Of a stretch of DNA of 32,000 nucleotides, positions 1 through 8,610 are shown piece by piece. This DNA comes from Microcystis aeruginosa NIES-2549 (lineage in GTDB: Bacteria > Cyanobacteriota > Cyanobacteriia > Cyanobacteriales > Microcystaceae). The translations under genes and the position numbers were made by a program. A model generated the notes under the pieces. It searched no databases. It saw only the letters and a list, made by a program, of their open reading frames with translations, and had not been told where the DNA came from. The stretch spans positions 3,450,001 to 3,482,000 of the forward strand of contig NZ_CP011304.1 of the NCBI RefSeq assembly GCF_000981785.2, written 5' to 3'. How positions within the stretch are numbered: position 1 is the first letter of the stretch; each line of letters starts with the position of its first letter.

Positions 1-1
1 T

Positions 2-1072
2 GCCAGCACCGCCCATATTGCCCGTATTTTAGGGCTTCCTCTGCTATTAGTTATCGATTGTAGTCGTTTATCTACCTCGGTCGCCGCTATTGTCCGCGGT
101 TATCAATCTTTAGACAAAAATCTCCATCTAGCCGGAGTTATCCTCAATCGGGTTGGTAGCGATCGCCACCTGCAATTACTGCAAACCGCCCTAGAATCCA
201 TCAATATGCCGATTGTCGGGGTTCTGCGTCGTCAAGATTCCCTGACAATTCCTGATCGCCATCTAGGATTAGTTCCCAGGGATGAACTAGGAGAAATCAG
301 GGAACTGCAAGATCAACTGGCTTCTATTGCCCAAAACTGCTTTAATTGGGACATTCTCTTGCCTTTACTCACTATTTCTCCCCAAGAGAACCCGAAAAAT
401 CCCACAGAAGCAAATAAGCTTTTTCCCCCTATCCGTATCGGTATTGCCAGAGATAAGGCTTTTAACTTTTATTACCCCGATAATCTCGATATTTTAGCCA
501 ATTTAGGCGCGGAATTAATCTTTTGGAGTCCCTTGCAAGGGGCAAATTTGCCCGAAAACCTGCAAGGGTTGTACTTTGGTGGCGGTTTTCCCGAAATCTT
601 TGCCCCGGAATTAGCGGCTAACACCCCTATCCTAACTCAGGTGAGAAAAGCGATCGCCTCCGGAATGCCCACCTATGCCGAATGTGGGGGATTAATGTAT
701 TTATGTGACAAAATAGTTGATTTTGAGCAAAAAAACTATTCTATGGTGCAAATAATCCCCCAATCTGCTATAATGTCCCCGAAATTAACCCTAGGTTATC
801 GGCAAGCCATCGCCAAACAGGAAACGATCCTGCTCAAACCGGGTCAACCAGTGCGCGGCCATGAATTCCATCGCTCCCAACTAAGCGGGGTGAGCGACGC
901 ACCGATTTATCAACTACAACCATTCCCCAGGGGTGCTATCAATGCCGAAGGGTGGCAAGGTAAGAATCTGCACGCTTCCTATCTCCACCTACATTTTGGG
1001 GCTAATCTCAGTCTGCCGAAAAAATTTTTAGCTGCTGGCCTTGATTTTTTCCGAACAGCTGCGTTAAGCTGA
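2..1072 (+). CDS. cbiA: Cobyrinate a,c-diamide synthase (CobB/CbiA), C-terminal ~356 aa; the 5' end lies outside the window
   Basis: The reading frame is open from the window edge (frame of position 2, no stops before the listed ATG at 206). The translation reads ASTAHIARILGLPLLLVIDCSRL..VILNRVGSDRH. It continues into a glutamine-amidotransferase-like half with AECGGLMYL and GHEFH motifs typical of CobB/CbiA. Confidence 0.85.
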   Translation, partial: ASTAHIARILGLPLLLVIDCSRLSTSVAAIVRGYQSLDKNLHLAGVILNRVGSDRHLQLLQTALESINMPIVGVLRRQDSLTIPDRHLGLVPRDELGEIRELQDQLASIAQNCFNWDILLPLLTISPQENPKNPTEANKLFPPIRIGIARDKAFNFYYPDNLDILANLGAELIFWSPLQGANLPENLQGLYFGGGFPEIFAPELAANTPILTQVRKAIASGMPTYAECGGLMYLCDKIVDFEQKNYSMVQIIPQSAIMSPKLTLGYRQAIAKQETILLKPGQPVRGHEFHRSQLSGVSDAPIYQLQPFPRGAINAEGWQGKNLHASYLHLHFGANLSLPKKFLAAGLDFFRTAALS

Positions 1073-1139
1073 TTGCAGATAAATCTAATAATTAATCCGT
1101 TAAGGGATACAGGAGGTGATGTCGATGGTAGAAAGTAGT

Positions 1140-1313
1140 AAAAGCATGGGTCTCCTAATCGACAATAGCCGGCTGTGCGCCGGGGCTGTTCTCTAGACCC
1201 CCACGTCTAAACAAGATTTAGACTAGCTGGAGTTCCTTCCGGCAGTCTGGTGTCGATTCTGATGACCCGCTACACCGCCCTTACCGAGCAATTGGTAAGG
1301 GCGGATAGTTTTT
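1140..1313 (+). ncRNA. Candidate structured small RNA or 3'-UTR element (unidentified) ending in an intrinsic terminator
   Basis: Nested hairpins: GGGTCT 1148-1153 pairs with AGACCC 1195-1200, enclosing AGCCGGC/GCCGGGGCT. A perfect 7-bp hairpin GTCTAAA/TTTAGAC lies at 1205-1223. The terminator at 1275-1313 follows. No convincing ORF is present. I could not match the stretch to a known RNA family. Confidence 0.3.
1275..1313 (+). terminator. Rho-independent terminator
   Basis: An 11-bp perfect stem CCGCCCTTACC (1275-1285) pairs with GGTAAGGGCGG (1294-1304) around an 8-nt loop. ATAGTTTTT follows. Confidence 0.6.
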
Positions 1314-1589
1314 GAGGGTTTCCCGTCATCTAGGAACCCCAGAACCAGAAGTAACTATTCGTACAAACCAAGGGTAAGCTGCCCGCACAGCTAAATTAGT
1401 CTAGGCCGATAAGGGAACAGGGAACAGCAAGGGTTATCTGCTTTTAGAGTTTTAACCTATTGACATCGTTGTTAAGATAACTGCTACAGGTTTTGTTTAA
1501 GTGCCGTCAGGATCGACAGGGTGGCCACTTTGTCAACCGGTCAAGGGAAAAAAATGAGATCACATCTTTCCCTAAGCAATTAGATCGTG

Positions 1590-1595
1590 TATAAT
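1590..1595 (+). promoter_or_regulatory. Candidate -10 box (TATAAT) for the porin gene
   Basis: A perfect TATAAT lies about 75 nt upstream of the ATG at 1670. No good -35 element was seen. Confidence 0.3.
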
Positions 1596-1669
1596 GGCAA
1601 AAGAATGGAAAGGCTATATGCGTCATCAAACTGTGTAGTCAACCTATAAGGTGTGAGGAAAAAACCATC

Positions 1670-3523
1670 ATGTTAAAAATGTTCTGGAAATCATTGCTGG
1701 TTAGCCCAGCAATTTTAGGGGCTACCTTGGTAGCTTCCGCTAATGCTAGTAGCTTCGATCCCGTCAAATCTACCAGTGTTTCTACCGAATTTAACAATCT
1801 AGAAATCGCTCAAGTTCAGGACAACGGTGCAGGAACTGGCGAATTACTCAATCAGATCGAACAGTACGGTAACGAAGGTCAAGTGGCACCCGTACAGGGT
1901 AACAGCATCGATCAAGTCACCAGCGTTAACCAACTGCGCGATGTTTCTCCCACCGCTTGGGCCTATGAGGCCTTAAGAAGCCTTGTGGAGCGCTATGGTT
2001 GTATTGTTGGTTATCCCGATCGCACCTTCCGGGGCGACCGAGCCTTAACCCGTTGGGAGTTTGCGGCTGGTTTAAACGCTTGCTTAAACGTGATGGAACG
2101 TTTAATTCAAGATGGTGTCAACGTCCTCAAGGAAGACTTAGATGCCCTCAAGCGCTTAATGGACGAGTTCCAAGCCGAGTTAGCAGCCTTGGGAGCTAGA
2201 GTTGACAACCTAGAAAGCCGGGTTTCTTTCCTAGAAAATAATCAATTCTCCACCACCACCAAATTAGCCGGGGAAGTTATCTTCGCCATTACCGATACGG
2301 CTGGTGCGGGCAGCCCCGCCTCCCAGGCCGCCATGCAATACCGCGCTCGTTTAGTTTTTAACACGAGCTTCACCGGTCAGGACTCATTGAAAACCCGTTT
2401 ATCGGCGGGTAGTGCCACTCGCTTCGGATTTGATTACAAATCGACCACCACACTACAAAATGGTGATCCCGCTTCCGTCAGATTCGATAACCTGCAAAGC
2501 CCTTCCCTATCCCAAACTTGGACCGGTGCAGGTAACGGTAGCGATGTGGTTATCGACTGGTTGGCCTACTATACCCCGATTGACTTAGGTAGTTTTGGTC
2601 GCTTCAATACCTACGTCGCCGCTTGGGGCGGTATTTGGAATGACTTCGTTCCCACCACTAACCCCTTCTTTGAAGACTTCGACGGTGGTAATGGTGCGCT
2701 ATCTACCTTCGCTTCCGAAAACCCCATCTACCGCATCGGTGGCGGTTCTGGGGCCGGTGTTAGTCTACAGTTAGGCTTCCTCCAAAGCATTCTTGGTCCG
2801 ACTTCCCTCTCTTTGGGTTACTTAGCCGGTGGCGCTACTTCCCCTGCTGATCCCAATCCGGGCAACGGTCTCTTTAACGGGGACTACGCAGCTTTAGCAC
2901 AGATTAATGCCAATCTTTTCAACTTCTTGAACCTTGGCTTTACCTACGTTAACGCTTACCAAAGTGCTGACACCGCCATCTTCGGTAACGGTGGTTCCTT
3001 CGGTGCAACGGGGACTTCTGCCGCTAACCTTTCCCAAACTCAGTTAAATACCCTGCTCAACGTCAACGGCAACGATCCTGATAGCGTCACTCTACAGGAT
3101 GAAGTCGGTTTCTTCAACTTCGGAGCCAAAGTATCCAACAGCTACGGTTTAACCGGTGCAGTGGATATTGGTTTCGCCAGCTTGAGTGCCTTCGGTTCTT
3201 ACTCCACTGTGCGTTTACTGGGTCTCGGTGATGCGGAAGTGTGGACCTACGGTGCTGGTATTGCCTTCCCCGACTTAGGTAAAGAAGGAAATATCTTAGG
3301 TCTGTTTGCTGGTGCGCAGCCCTACATCGGTCACTTAAGCTTCCGAGAAATGGGTCTAAAAGTATCTAACATCGTTCCCTACCACGTTGAATTGTTCTAC
3401 AAGTACCAAGTCACCGACAATATTTCTATCACCCCCGGTGTCATCTGGATTTCTGCACCTGAACAGTTCAAAGGCACTGGTAACGAGTGGATTGGGACCC
3501 TCCGCGGAACCTTTACCTTCTAG
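1670..3523 (+). CDS. Outer-membrane porin with an N-terminal SLH domain and an OprB-type beta-barrel (cyanobacterial SomA/Slr1841-like)
   Basis: There is a signal peptide (MLKMFWKSLLVSPAILGATLVASANA). An SLH motif is present (SPTAWAYEALRSLVERYGCIVGYPDRTFRGDRALTRWEFAAGLNACL). A coiled-coil linker follows, then a long Gly/aromatic-rich region ending in a ...GTFTF terminal Phe. A GAGGA RBS precedes the ATG. Confidence 0.85.
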   Translation: MLKMFWKSLLVSPAILGATLVASANASSFDPVKSTSVSTEFNNLEIAQVQDNGAGTGELLNQIEQYGNEGQVAPVQGNSIDQVTSVNQLRDVSPTAWAYEALRSLVERYGCIVGYPDRTFRGDRALTRWEFAAGLNACLNVMERLIQDGVNVLKEDLDALKRLMDEFQAELAALGARVDNLESRVSFLENNQFSTTTKLAGEVIFAITDTAGAGSPASQAAMQYRARLVFNTSFTGQDSLKTRLSAGSATRFGFDYKSTTTLQNGDPASVRFDNLQSPSLSQTWTGAGNGSDVVIDWLAYYTPIDLGSFGRFNTYVAAWGGIWNDFVPTTNPFFEDFDGGNGALSTFASENPIYRIGGGSGAGVSLQLGFLQSILGPTSLSLGYLAGGATSPADPNPGNGLFNGDYAALAQINANLFNFLNLGFTYVNAYQSADTAIFGNGGSFGATGTSAANLSQTQLNTLLNVNGNDPDSVTLQDEVGFFNFGAKVSNSYGLTGAVDIGFASLSAFGSYSTVRLLGLGDAEVWTYGAGIAFPDLGKEGNILGLFAGAQPYIGHLSFREMGLKVSNIVPYHVELFYKYQVTDNISITPGVIWISAPEQFKGTGNEWIGTLRGTFTF

Positions 3524-3543
3524 GATTTCCTAAATTAAACCCG

Positions 3544-3572
3544 AAACCCCACCCATGGTGGGGTTTTGTTTT
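3544..3572 (+). terminator. Rho-independent terminator of the porin gene
   Basis: Stem AAACCCCAC (3544-3552) pairs with GTGGGGTTT (3558-3566), then TGTTTT. It overlaps the stop codon of the convergent gene. Confidence 0.6.
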
Positions 3573-3999
3573 AGGCAAATAAACGCTGATATTCTATCTG
3601 GATACAAGCATCCATAATTACATTTAAACCTGCCTCGATCGCTTTTTTTTCCGCCACTGGGTGATAAATTTTCAATTGTGTCCAAAGGGTAGCGGCCCGA
3701 ATAGCAATAGCTGACTCGACAATTTCGGGTAGATAATCAGGATGACGAAAAACGTTAACAATATCCACAGGTTCGGGGATAGCCTCTAGAGAAGGATAGC
3801 AGCTTTGACCATCAATTTGCTGGACCATCGGATTGACTGGATAGACTCGATAACCCACCGCTTGCAGGAATTTGGCCACCTGATAGCTGGCGCGGCTCGA
3901 TTTCTCAGAATGACCGACCACTGCGATAATTTTACTATTGCTGAAAATGGTTTTGAGCGCACCATCGTCTCCTTTAATATTCGGCATTGTCCCACCCAT
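3571..3999 (-). CDS. CoA-binding domain protein (YccU/YneT-like)
   Basis: The 142-aa ORF has KIIAVVGHSEKSSRASYQVAKFLQAVGYRVYPVNP, typical of the small CoA-binding (Rossmann-like) family. The start could instead be the internal ATG at 3987. Confidence 0.75.
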   Translation of the reverse strand: MGGTMPNIKGDDGALKTIFSNSKIIAVVGHSEKSSRASYQVAKFLQAVGYRVYPVNPMVQQIDGQSCYPSLEAIPEPVDIVNVFRHPDYLPEIVESAIAIRAATLWTQLKIYHPVAEKKAIEAGLNVIMDACIQIEYQRLFA

Positions 4000-4124
4000 C
4001 TTAGAACAGAGTTTCCTTTCTCATAAAGATGAAGTGTAACCTAATTTGGTATCGACTTTTAACTGCAGCTTTAGCCACTCTGGAAAACTGGCAGCAATGT
4101 TTAACTTTTCTACCGAAAAAACAG

Positions 4125-4291
4125 TTAAGTAGGTAGGTGTTAAAAGTTGTCAGATCCCCCCGCCTACCGGCACCCCCCTTATCAAGGGGGGCAGGGGGGA
4201 TCCCCCCGCCTACCGGCACCCCCCTTATCAAGGGGGGCAGGGGGGATCAGAGGCAAAATCTATCTTCTATTTAATTATAACTACTTACTTA
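4125..4291 (+). mobile_element. MITE-like non-autonomous element, copy A (termini TTAAGTAGGTAG / CTACTTACTTA)
   Basis: The terminal inverted repeats and about 35 bp (left) plus about 60 bp (right) of subterminal sequence recur in inverted orientation at 31785-31942. A more diverged copy lies at 20489-20649. It has no coding capacity. Confidence 0.65.
4153..4244. repeat. Perfect 46-bp tandem duplication inside MITE copy A
   Basis: The unit GATCCCCCCGCCTACCGGCACCCCCCTTATCAAGGGGGGCAGGGGG repeats at 4153-4198 and 4199-4244. Each unit contains the hairpin CCCCCCTTATCAAGGGGGG. Confidence 0.9.
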
Positions 4292-4382
4292 TTACCAATC
4301 CCAGTCAATCCCTCGGTATCTGTAGGAAAATTTACCCGATGGTCGCCCCTAAATCCTCTGACTTGAGTTAGTACAAAACCTC

Positions 4383-5057
4383 ATGAATTATCTTAGTGTT
4401 ATCATTCCGACTCTTAATGAGGAGTTAAGAATTGCAGCAACGTTAAAACAGATAGGTGAAGGAGTAGAAATTATTGTTGTCGATGGGGGAAGTACCGATA
4501 AAACTAGAGAAATAGCCGAACAATTGGGAGCGAAAGTAATTATTTCACCCAGTAAAGGTCGTGCATTTCAGATGAATTTAGGAGCTAAAATAGCGAAAGG
4601 AGATATTTTGTTATTTCTGCACGGAGATACTTTACTTCCCCAGAATTATCAAGAACAAATTATCAATACTTTATCCCAATCTGGGACAGTAGCGGGGGCC
4701 TTTGAATTAAAAATTGATGGAGAGGAAAAAACCCTGCGTTTAGTGGAAAAATTAGTTAATTGGCGTTCTCGCTGGCTTTCCCTTCCCTACGGAGATCAAG
4801 GAATATTTTTAAAAGCCTCAATCTTGGCCGATTTGGGCGGTTTTCCTGAGTTGCCAATTATGGAAGATTTTGAATTAATACAAAGATTGAAAAAAAGGGG
4901 TAAAATAGCCATAGTTGCTGCTGCGGTGATTACCTCGGCAAGACGTTGGCAAAAATTAGGAGTTGGCAAAACTACCTTAGTTAATCAATTAGTTATTATT
5001 GGTTATTATCTAAAAATTCCGCCGCGCTTGTTGAAAAGTTTTTATCGTTTATGGTAA
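4383..5057 (+). CDS. Family 2 glycosyltransferase (small, GT-A fold)
   Basis: SVIIPTLNEE, VVDGGSTDKT and LHGDTLLP motifs (the DxD-type region) are present in a 224-aa protein. From memory it resembles the cyanobacterial TIGR04283-type GT2. Confidence 0.8.
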   Translation: MNYLSVIIPTLNEELRIAATLKQIGEGVEIIVVDGGSTDKTREIAEQLGAKVIISPSKGRAFQMNLGAKIAKGDILLFLHGDTLLPQNYQEQIINTLSQSGTVAGAFELKIDGEEKTLRLVEKLVNWRSRWLSLPYGDQGIFLKASILADLGGFPELPIMEDFELIQRLKKRGKIAIVAAAVITSARRWQKLGVGKTTLVNQLVIIGYYLKIPPRLLKSFYRLW

Positions 5058-5259
5058 TAAAGGCTGGCTTAAAAAGTATTTTAGGTCATTGTGCAATGTA
5101 GGGGCGCAACGTGGTCAGTGAGTTTATCGAACTGCTTGCGCCCAAAATGTAATATAGAGATGCAGCCGATTGCGTTTAGGAGTCCGTCGATAAAAACTTT
5201 TCTCTCCCGAAGTACCGATCGATAGGATAATTAATAATCAGAACATCTGCTCTGAGAAT

Positions 5260-5970
5260 ATGTCTCTCGATCGCCGTCAATTTCTTTATCTTTTAGGTGC
5301 TACCCTTGGCACAGGCACTCTTGCTGGTTTTAACTCTGCCGCTTTTGCCGCTACCGGTCCCTATAGTCTCATTGCCCTCCCCTATAGCTATGATGCCCTA
5401 GAACCTTATATTGATAAGGAAACGATGCAATTTCATCACGATAAACACCATGCAGCCTACGTTAATAATCTCAACGCGGCAGTGGCAAAATATCCAGAAT
5501 TGCAGAAAAAAACAGTAGTAGAATTAATTAAAAATCTTGACTCTTTACCCGCCGATCTTCGCATCACTATCCGCAATAATGGCGGCGGCGATCTTAATCA
5601 TACGATGTTTTGGCAGATTATGTCCCCCGATGGCGGTGGCGAACCAACAGGAGAAATAGGAGCGGCAATAATCGCTAAATTTGGCAGTTTCGAGGAATTT
5701 AAAAACGCTTTCAACCAAGCTGGTACTAAACTTTTTGGTAGTGGTTGGACATGGTTGGTTTTAAATAAGTCAGGAAAACTAGAAATTACCAGCACTGCTA
5801 ACCAAGATAGCCCGCTAATGAAGGGATTACAGCCAATTATGGGCAATGATGTCTGGGAACACGCCTATTACTTAAAATATCGTAATCAACGGGCTGAGTA
5901 TTTAAAACAGTGGTGGAATGTGGTTAACTGGGAGGAGGTAAATCGCCGCTATCTTCAGGCAAAAGCTTAA
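5260..5970 (+). CDS. sodA: Manganese-type superoxide dismutase with an N-terminal twin-arginine/anchor-like signal
   Basis: The Fe/Mn-SOD signature [15 protein letters not shown] is present. Mn-type discriminators are [13 protein letters not shown] (GG + F) and [10 protein letters not shown] (Gln-Asp). The N-terminus [30 protein letters not shown] looks like a Tat signal. Confidence 0.9.
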   Translation: MSLDRRQFLYLLGATLGTGTLAGFNSAAFAATGPYSLIALPYSYDALEPYIDKETMQFHHDKHHAAYVNNLNAAVAKYPELQKKTVVELIKNLDSLPADLRITIRNNGGGDLNHTMFWQIMSPDGGGEPTGEIGAAIIAKFGSFEEFKNAFNQAGTKLFGSGWTWLVLNKSGKLEITSTANQDSPLMKGLQPIMGNDVWEHAYYLKYRNQRAEYLKQWWNVVNWEEVNRRYLQAKA

Positions 5971-5972
5971 CG

Positions 5973-6890
5973 ATGACAACTTTTACGGTAACAGTTCCCG
6001 CTACCACTGCTAATATTGGGCCCGGCTTCGATTGTCTCGGAGCGGCCTTAACCCTATATAATCAGTTTACTTTTACCCTGCTGCCGGCAACGACAGCTAA
6101 CCCTGTCAGCATTAGTGTCAAGGGAACTGAATCAGCTAAAGTTAGCCAAGGGGCTGATAATTTAATCTATACTTCTTTTTTGCAAGTTTATCAAACAATA
6201 GGACAGAATCCGCCCCCTATCGCCATCGAGATCGGTTTAGGGGTTCCTCTGGCTAGAGGTTTAGGTAGTTCTGCCACTGCTATTATCGGTGGGTTAGTGG
6301 CTGCCAATCAATGCGCCGGAAATCCTTTATCTATGGGGGAAATCGAAGCATTAGCGATCGCATTGGAGGGACATCCAGATAATGTGGTGCCGGCTTTGCG
6401 GGGCAACTGTCAGCTATCGGCAGGTGATAGCACAAATTGGGCTATTTGTCAAGTATTTTGGCAAAAAAATCTCATTCCCGTCTTGGCGATTCCCGATTTT
6501 GAACTGGCTACGGAAAAAGCTAGGGCGGTTTTACCCGAAAAAATTAGCCGTCAGGAGGCAATTTTCAATATTTCCCGCTTGGGTTTATTATTGCGGGGAT
6601 TAGAGACGGGTAACGGCGATTGGCTGAGAATTGCCCTAGAGGATAAACTGCATCAACCCTATCGCCAATCTTTGATCCCGGGTTACGAAAAGGTGAAAAA
6701 AGCCGCCATTAATGGGGGTGCTTACGGGATGGTAATTAGTGGCGCAGGTCCGAGCCTATTGGCTTTAACTAACCCCGACAATGCCCAAAAAATAGCCACA
6801 GAGATGACCAATGCTTGGGAGGAAGTGGGGATTAACTCCAGCGCCAAAATTTTGGCTTTAGATACCCTAGGGGCCCAAGTAAACTGTTAA
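5973..6890 (+). CDS. thrB: Homoserine kinase
   Basis: GHMP-kinase motifs are present: VPATTANIGPGFDCLGAAL and PLARGLGSSATA. The protein is 305 aa. The start lies 2 nt after the sodA stop. Confidence 0.9.
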   Translation: MTTFTVTVPATTANIGPGFDCLGAALTLYNQFTFTLLPATTANPVSISVKGTESAKVSQGADNLIYTSFLQVYQTIGQNPPPIAIEIGLGVPLARGLGSSATAIIGGLVAANQCAGNPLSMGEIEALAIALEGHPDNVVPALRGNCQLSAGDSTNWAICQVFWQKNLIPVLAIPDFELATEKARAVLPEKISRQEAIFNISRLGLLLRGLETGNGDWLRIALEDKLHQPYRQSLIPGYEKVKKAAINGGAYGMVISGAGPSLLALTNPDNAQKIATEMTNAWEEVGINSSAKILALDTLGAQVNC

Positions 6891-6906
6891 GAGTCCCTGG
6901 CAGATG

Positions 6907-7044
6907 GGTGTAGGGTGTGGGGTGTAGGGTGTGGGGAAGTGGGGAAATGGGGAAGTGGGGAGCTTTTCAGTGTTGCCAAAGGCACGGCGTAGCCGTCCAG
7001 TAAACAGTGAACTGATCACTGATCACTGATAACTGATCACTGAC
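6907..7044. repeat. Composite STRR cluster: (GTGTGGG/GTGTAGG)n + (GAAGTGGG)n, a ~45-bp spacer, then (ACTGATC/ACTGATA)n
   Basis: Tandem 7-8-mers are read directly at 6907-6961 and 7005-7044. Confidence 0.85.
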
Positions 7045-7098
7045 TCCGGACTGCCAAAAGCGTTAGTATAAAAATAAATATAAATAATTATTAAGAAA

Positions 7099-8610
7099 AT
7101 GACGCAAATTACCGTTATTGGTGCAGGGATTGGCGGACTAACGGCGGCGGCATTATTGGCGCGTCGAGGTTATCAAGTCACAGTATATGATCAGGCGCTC
7201 GTCCCCGGAGGTTGTGCCTCGACTTTTTCCCGTCGGGGTTTTACCTTTGACGTGGGGGCAACTCAAGTGGCAGGATTAGAAGTAGGGGGCATTCATCAGC
7301 GCATTTTTGCCGAATTAGGGATAGATTTACCCGATTCTGTCCCCTGCGATCCCGCTTGTGCCGTTTTTCTGCCGGGGGAAACCACTCCGATAAATGTCTG
7401 GCGCGATCCGCAAAAGTGGCAAGAGGAAAGACAAAAACAATTTCCGGGCAGCGAACCTTTTTGGCAATTATTACAAAAACTCTTTCAAGCAAGTTGGCGT
7501 TTTCAAAGTCGCGATCCAGTTTTACCCCCGCGCAACTGGTGGGATTTAGGGCAATTAATCGCCGCTTTGCGTTTAGATACTGCCATTACCTTCCCCTTTA
7601 CTTTGATGACTGTGGGAGATGCTCTGCGATTATACGGCTTAGAGAGGGATAAACGCCTAAAAACCTTTCTTGATCTCCAGTTAAAGCTTTATTCCCAAGT
7701 TAATGCCGATGAAACTGCTTTACTTTATGCCGCCACCGCTTTAGCAGTTTCTCAGTCTCCCCAAGGTTTATCCCACCTTCAGGGTAGTATGCAAGTATTA
7801 AGCGATCGCCTAGTAGCAGCTTTGGAAAAATACGGCGGTAAATTGCAAATGCGCCACACAGTAGAAAAAATACTGACAGAAAAGGGAAAAGCCACGGGAA
7901 TTATCGTCATAAATCAAAAAAATGGTCAAATATATCCAGAAATGGCCGATGAGATTGTGGCTAATATCCCGATCCAAAATTTACCACAATTAATCGATCG
8001 CGAAGCCATTCCCAGTCTTTATCACCAGAGAATCGAAAAACTTCCCCCCGCATCCGGTGCTTTTGTGGTTTACTTAGGAGTCGATCGCGCTGCTATTCCC
8101 CCCGATTGTCCTCCCCATTTGCAATTTCTCTACGATTACGATGGCATAATCGGCGAAAATAACTCTTTGTTTGTTTCCGTGAGTAAAGAAGGGGATGGCC
8201 GCGCTCCAGTGGGAAAAGCGACGATTATTGCTTCTTCCTTCACCGATACCAGTCTTTGGTGGCGAAAAGGAGAAGATAATTATCAGCAATTAAAAGCAGC
8301 ATACACCCAAGAGGCGATCGAGCGTCTCGGTAATTATTTCCATCTTAGTCCTGATCACATCGTTCACATCGAATCAGCTACACCTCGTACTTTTGAGCGG
8401 TTTACGGGGCGAAATCAGGGCATTGTCGGCGGTATTGGTCAAAGATTGTCCACTTTTGGCCCTTTTGGAGTAGCGACGCGCACTCCGATCCCCCATCTTT
8501 GGTTAGTGGGAGATTCCACCCATCCGGGAGAAGGCACTGCCGGAGTCAGCTATTCGGCGCTAACGGTAGTTAGACAGATTGAGAATCAATTAAGTAGTCG
8601 TGCAAAATAA
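7099..8610 (+). CDS. crtD: FAD-dependent carotenoid desaturase/isomerase family protein (CrtD-like C-3',4' desaturase)
   Basis: The N-terminal dinucleotide-binding motif VIGAGIGGLTAAALLARRGYQVTVYDQ..PGG is present. The C-terminal GDSTHPGEGTAGV motif of the phytoene-desaturase family is also present. The protein is 503 aa, matching cyanobacterial slr1293-type proteins from memory. Confidence 0.7.
   Translation: MTQITVIGAGIGGLTAAALLARRGYQVTVYDQALVPGGCASTFSRRGFTFDVGATQVAGLEVGGIHQRIFAELGIDLPDSVPCDPACAVFLPGETTPINVWRDPQKWQEERQKQFPGSEPFWQLLQKLFQASWRFQSRDPVLPPRNWWDLGQLIAALRLDTAITFPFTLMTVGDALRLYGLERDKRLKTFLDLQLKLYSQVNADETALLYAATALAVSQSPQGLSHLQGSMQVLSDRLVAALEKYGGKLQMRHTVEKILTEKGKATGIIVINQKNGQIYPEMADEIVANIPIQNLPQLIDREAIPSLYHQRIEKLPPASGAFVVYLGVDRAAIPPDCPPHLQFLYDYDGIIGENNSLFVSVSKEGDGRAPVGKATIIASSFTDTSLWWRKGEDNYQQLKAAYTQEAIERLGNYFHLSPDHIVHIESATPRTFERFTGRNQGIVGGIGQRLSTFGPFGVATRTPIPHLWLVGDSTHPGEGTAGVSYSALTVVRQIENQLSSRAK

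Noticed and set aside
1118-1195. 25-codon ORF MSMVESSKSMGLLIDNSRLCAGAVL preceded by AGGAGG, as a possible leader peptide
   Set aside because: The Shine-Dalgarno sequence is only 2 nt from the ATG, which is too close. The peptide has no recognisable features. The sequence is better explained as paired helices of the structured region.
1229-1250. SRP (4.5S) RNA helix-8 motif: CCGGAAGGAA on the minus strand
   Set aside because: The flanking sequence lacks the conserved GGUCAGGUCC 5' strand and the AGCAGCC 3' strand of the symmetric and asymmetric loops. The pairing around the GGAA tetraloop is poor.
1140-1313. Cobalamin riboswitch next to the cobalamin-biosynthesis gene
   Set aside because: Only fragments match, and they are split between strands. 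The GGTG..ATTC..GACCCGC..AC-like core is on the plus strand. The ACTGCC-GGAAGG and AGGAGACC B12-box-like pieces are on the minus strand. No AGGGAA element is in the right place, and no downstream gene is in the right orientation for the minus-strand version. It needs a covariance-model scan, so I report the stretch only as an unidentified structured region.
4153-4244. Possible CRISPR array (46-bp direct repeats), and similarly the heptamer arrays at 6907-7044, 8712-8835, 15023-15085 and 27172-27305
   Set aside because: The repeat units are directly contiguous with no unique spacers. There are only two 46-bp units, and they lie inside a MITE. The heptamers are far too short. No cas genes or leader-like sequence occur in the window.
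4001-4371. Listed ORFs 4001..4231 (-) and 4147..4371 (+)
   Set aside because: Both run through MITE copy A and its 46-bp duplication, giving Gly/Pro-rich low-complexity translations. They have no RBS and lie in the divergent intergenic region. I treat them as repeat-generated artefacts.
5226-5240. Fur-box-like AT-rich sequence GATAATTAATAATCA just upstream of sodA
   Set aside because: It aligns with the GATAATGATAATCATTATC consensus only with a 1-nt register shift. It lies 20-34 nt before the ATG, in the likely 5' UTR/RBS zone rather than at a promoter. AT-rich matches like this are expected by chance.
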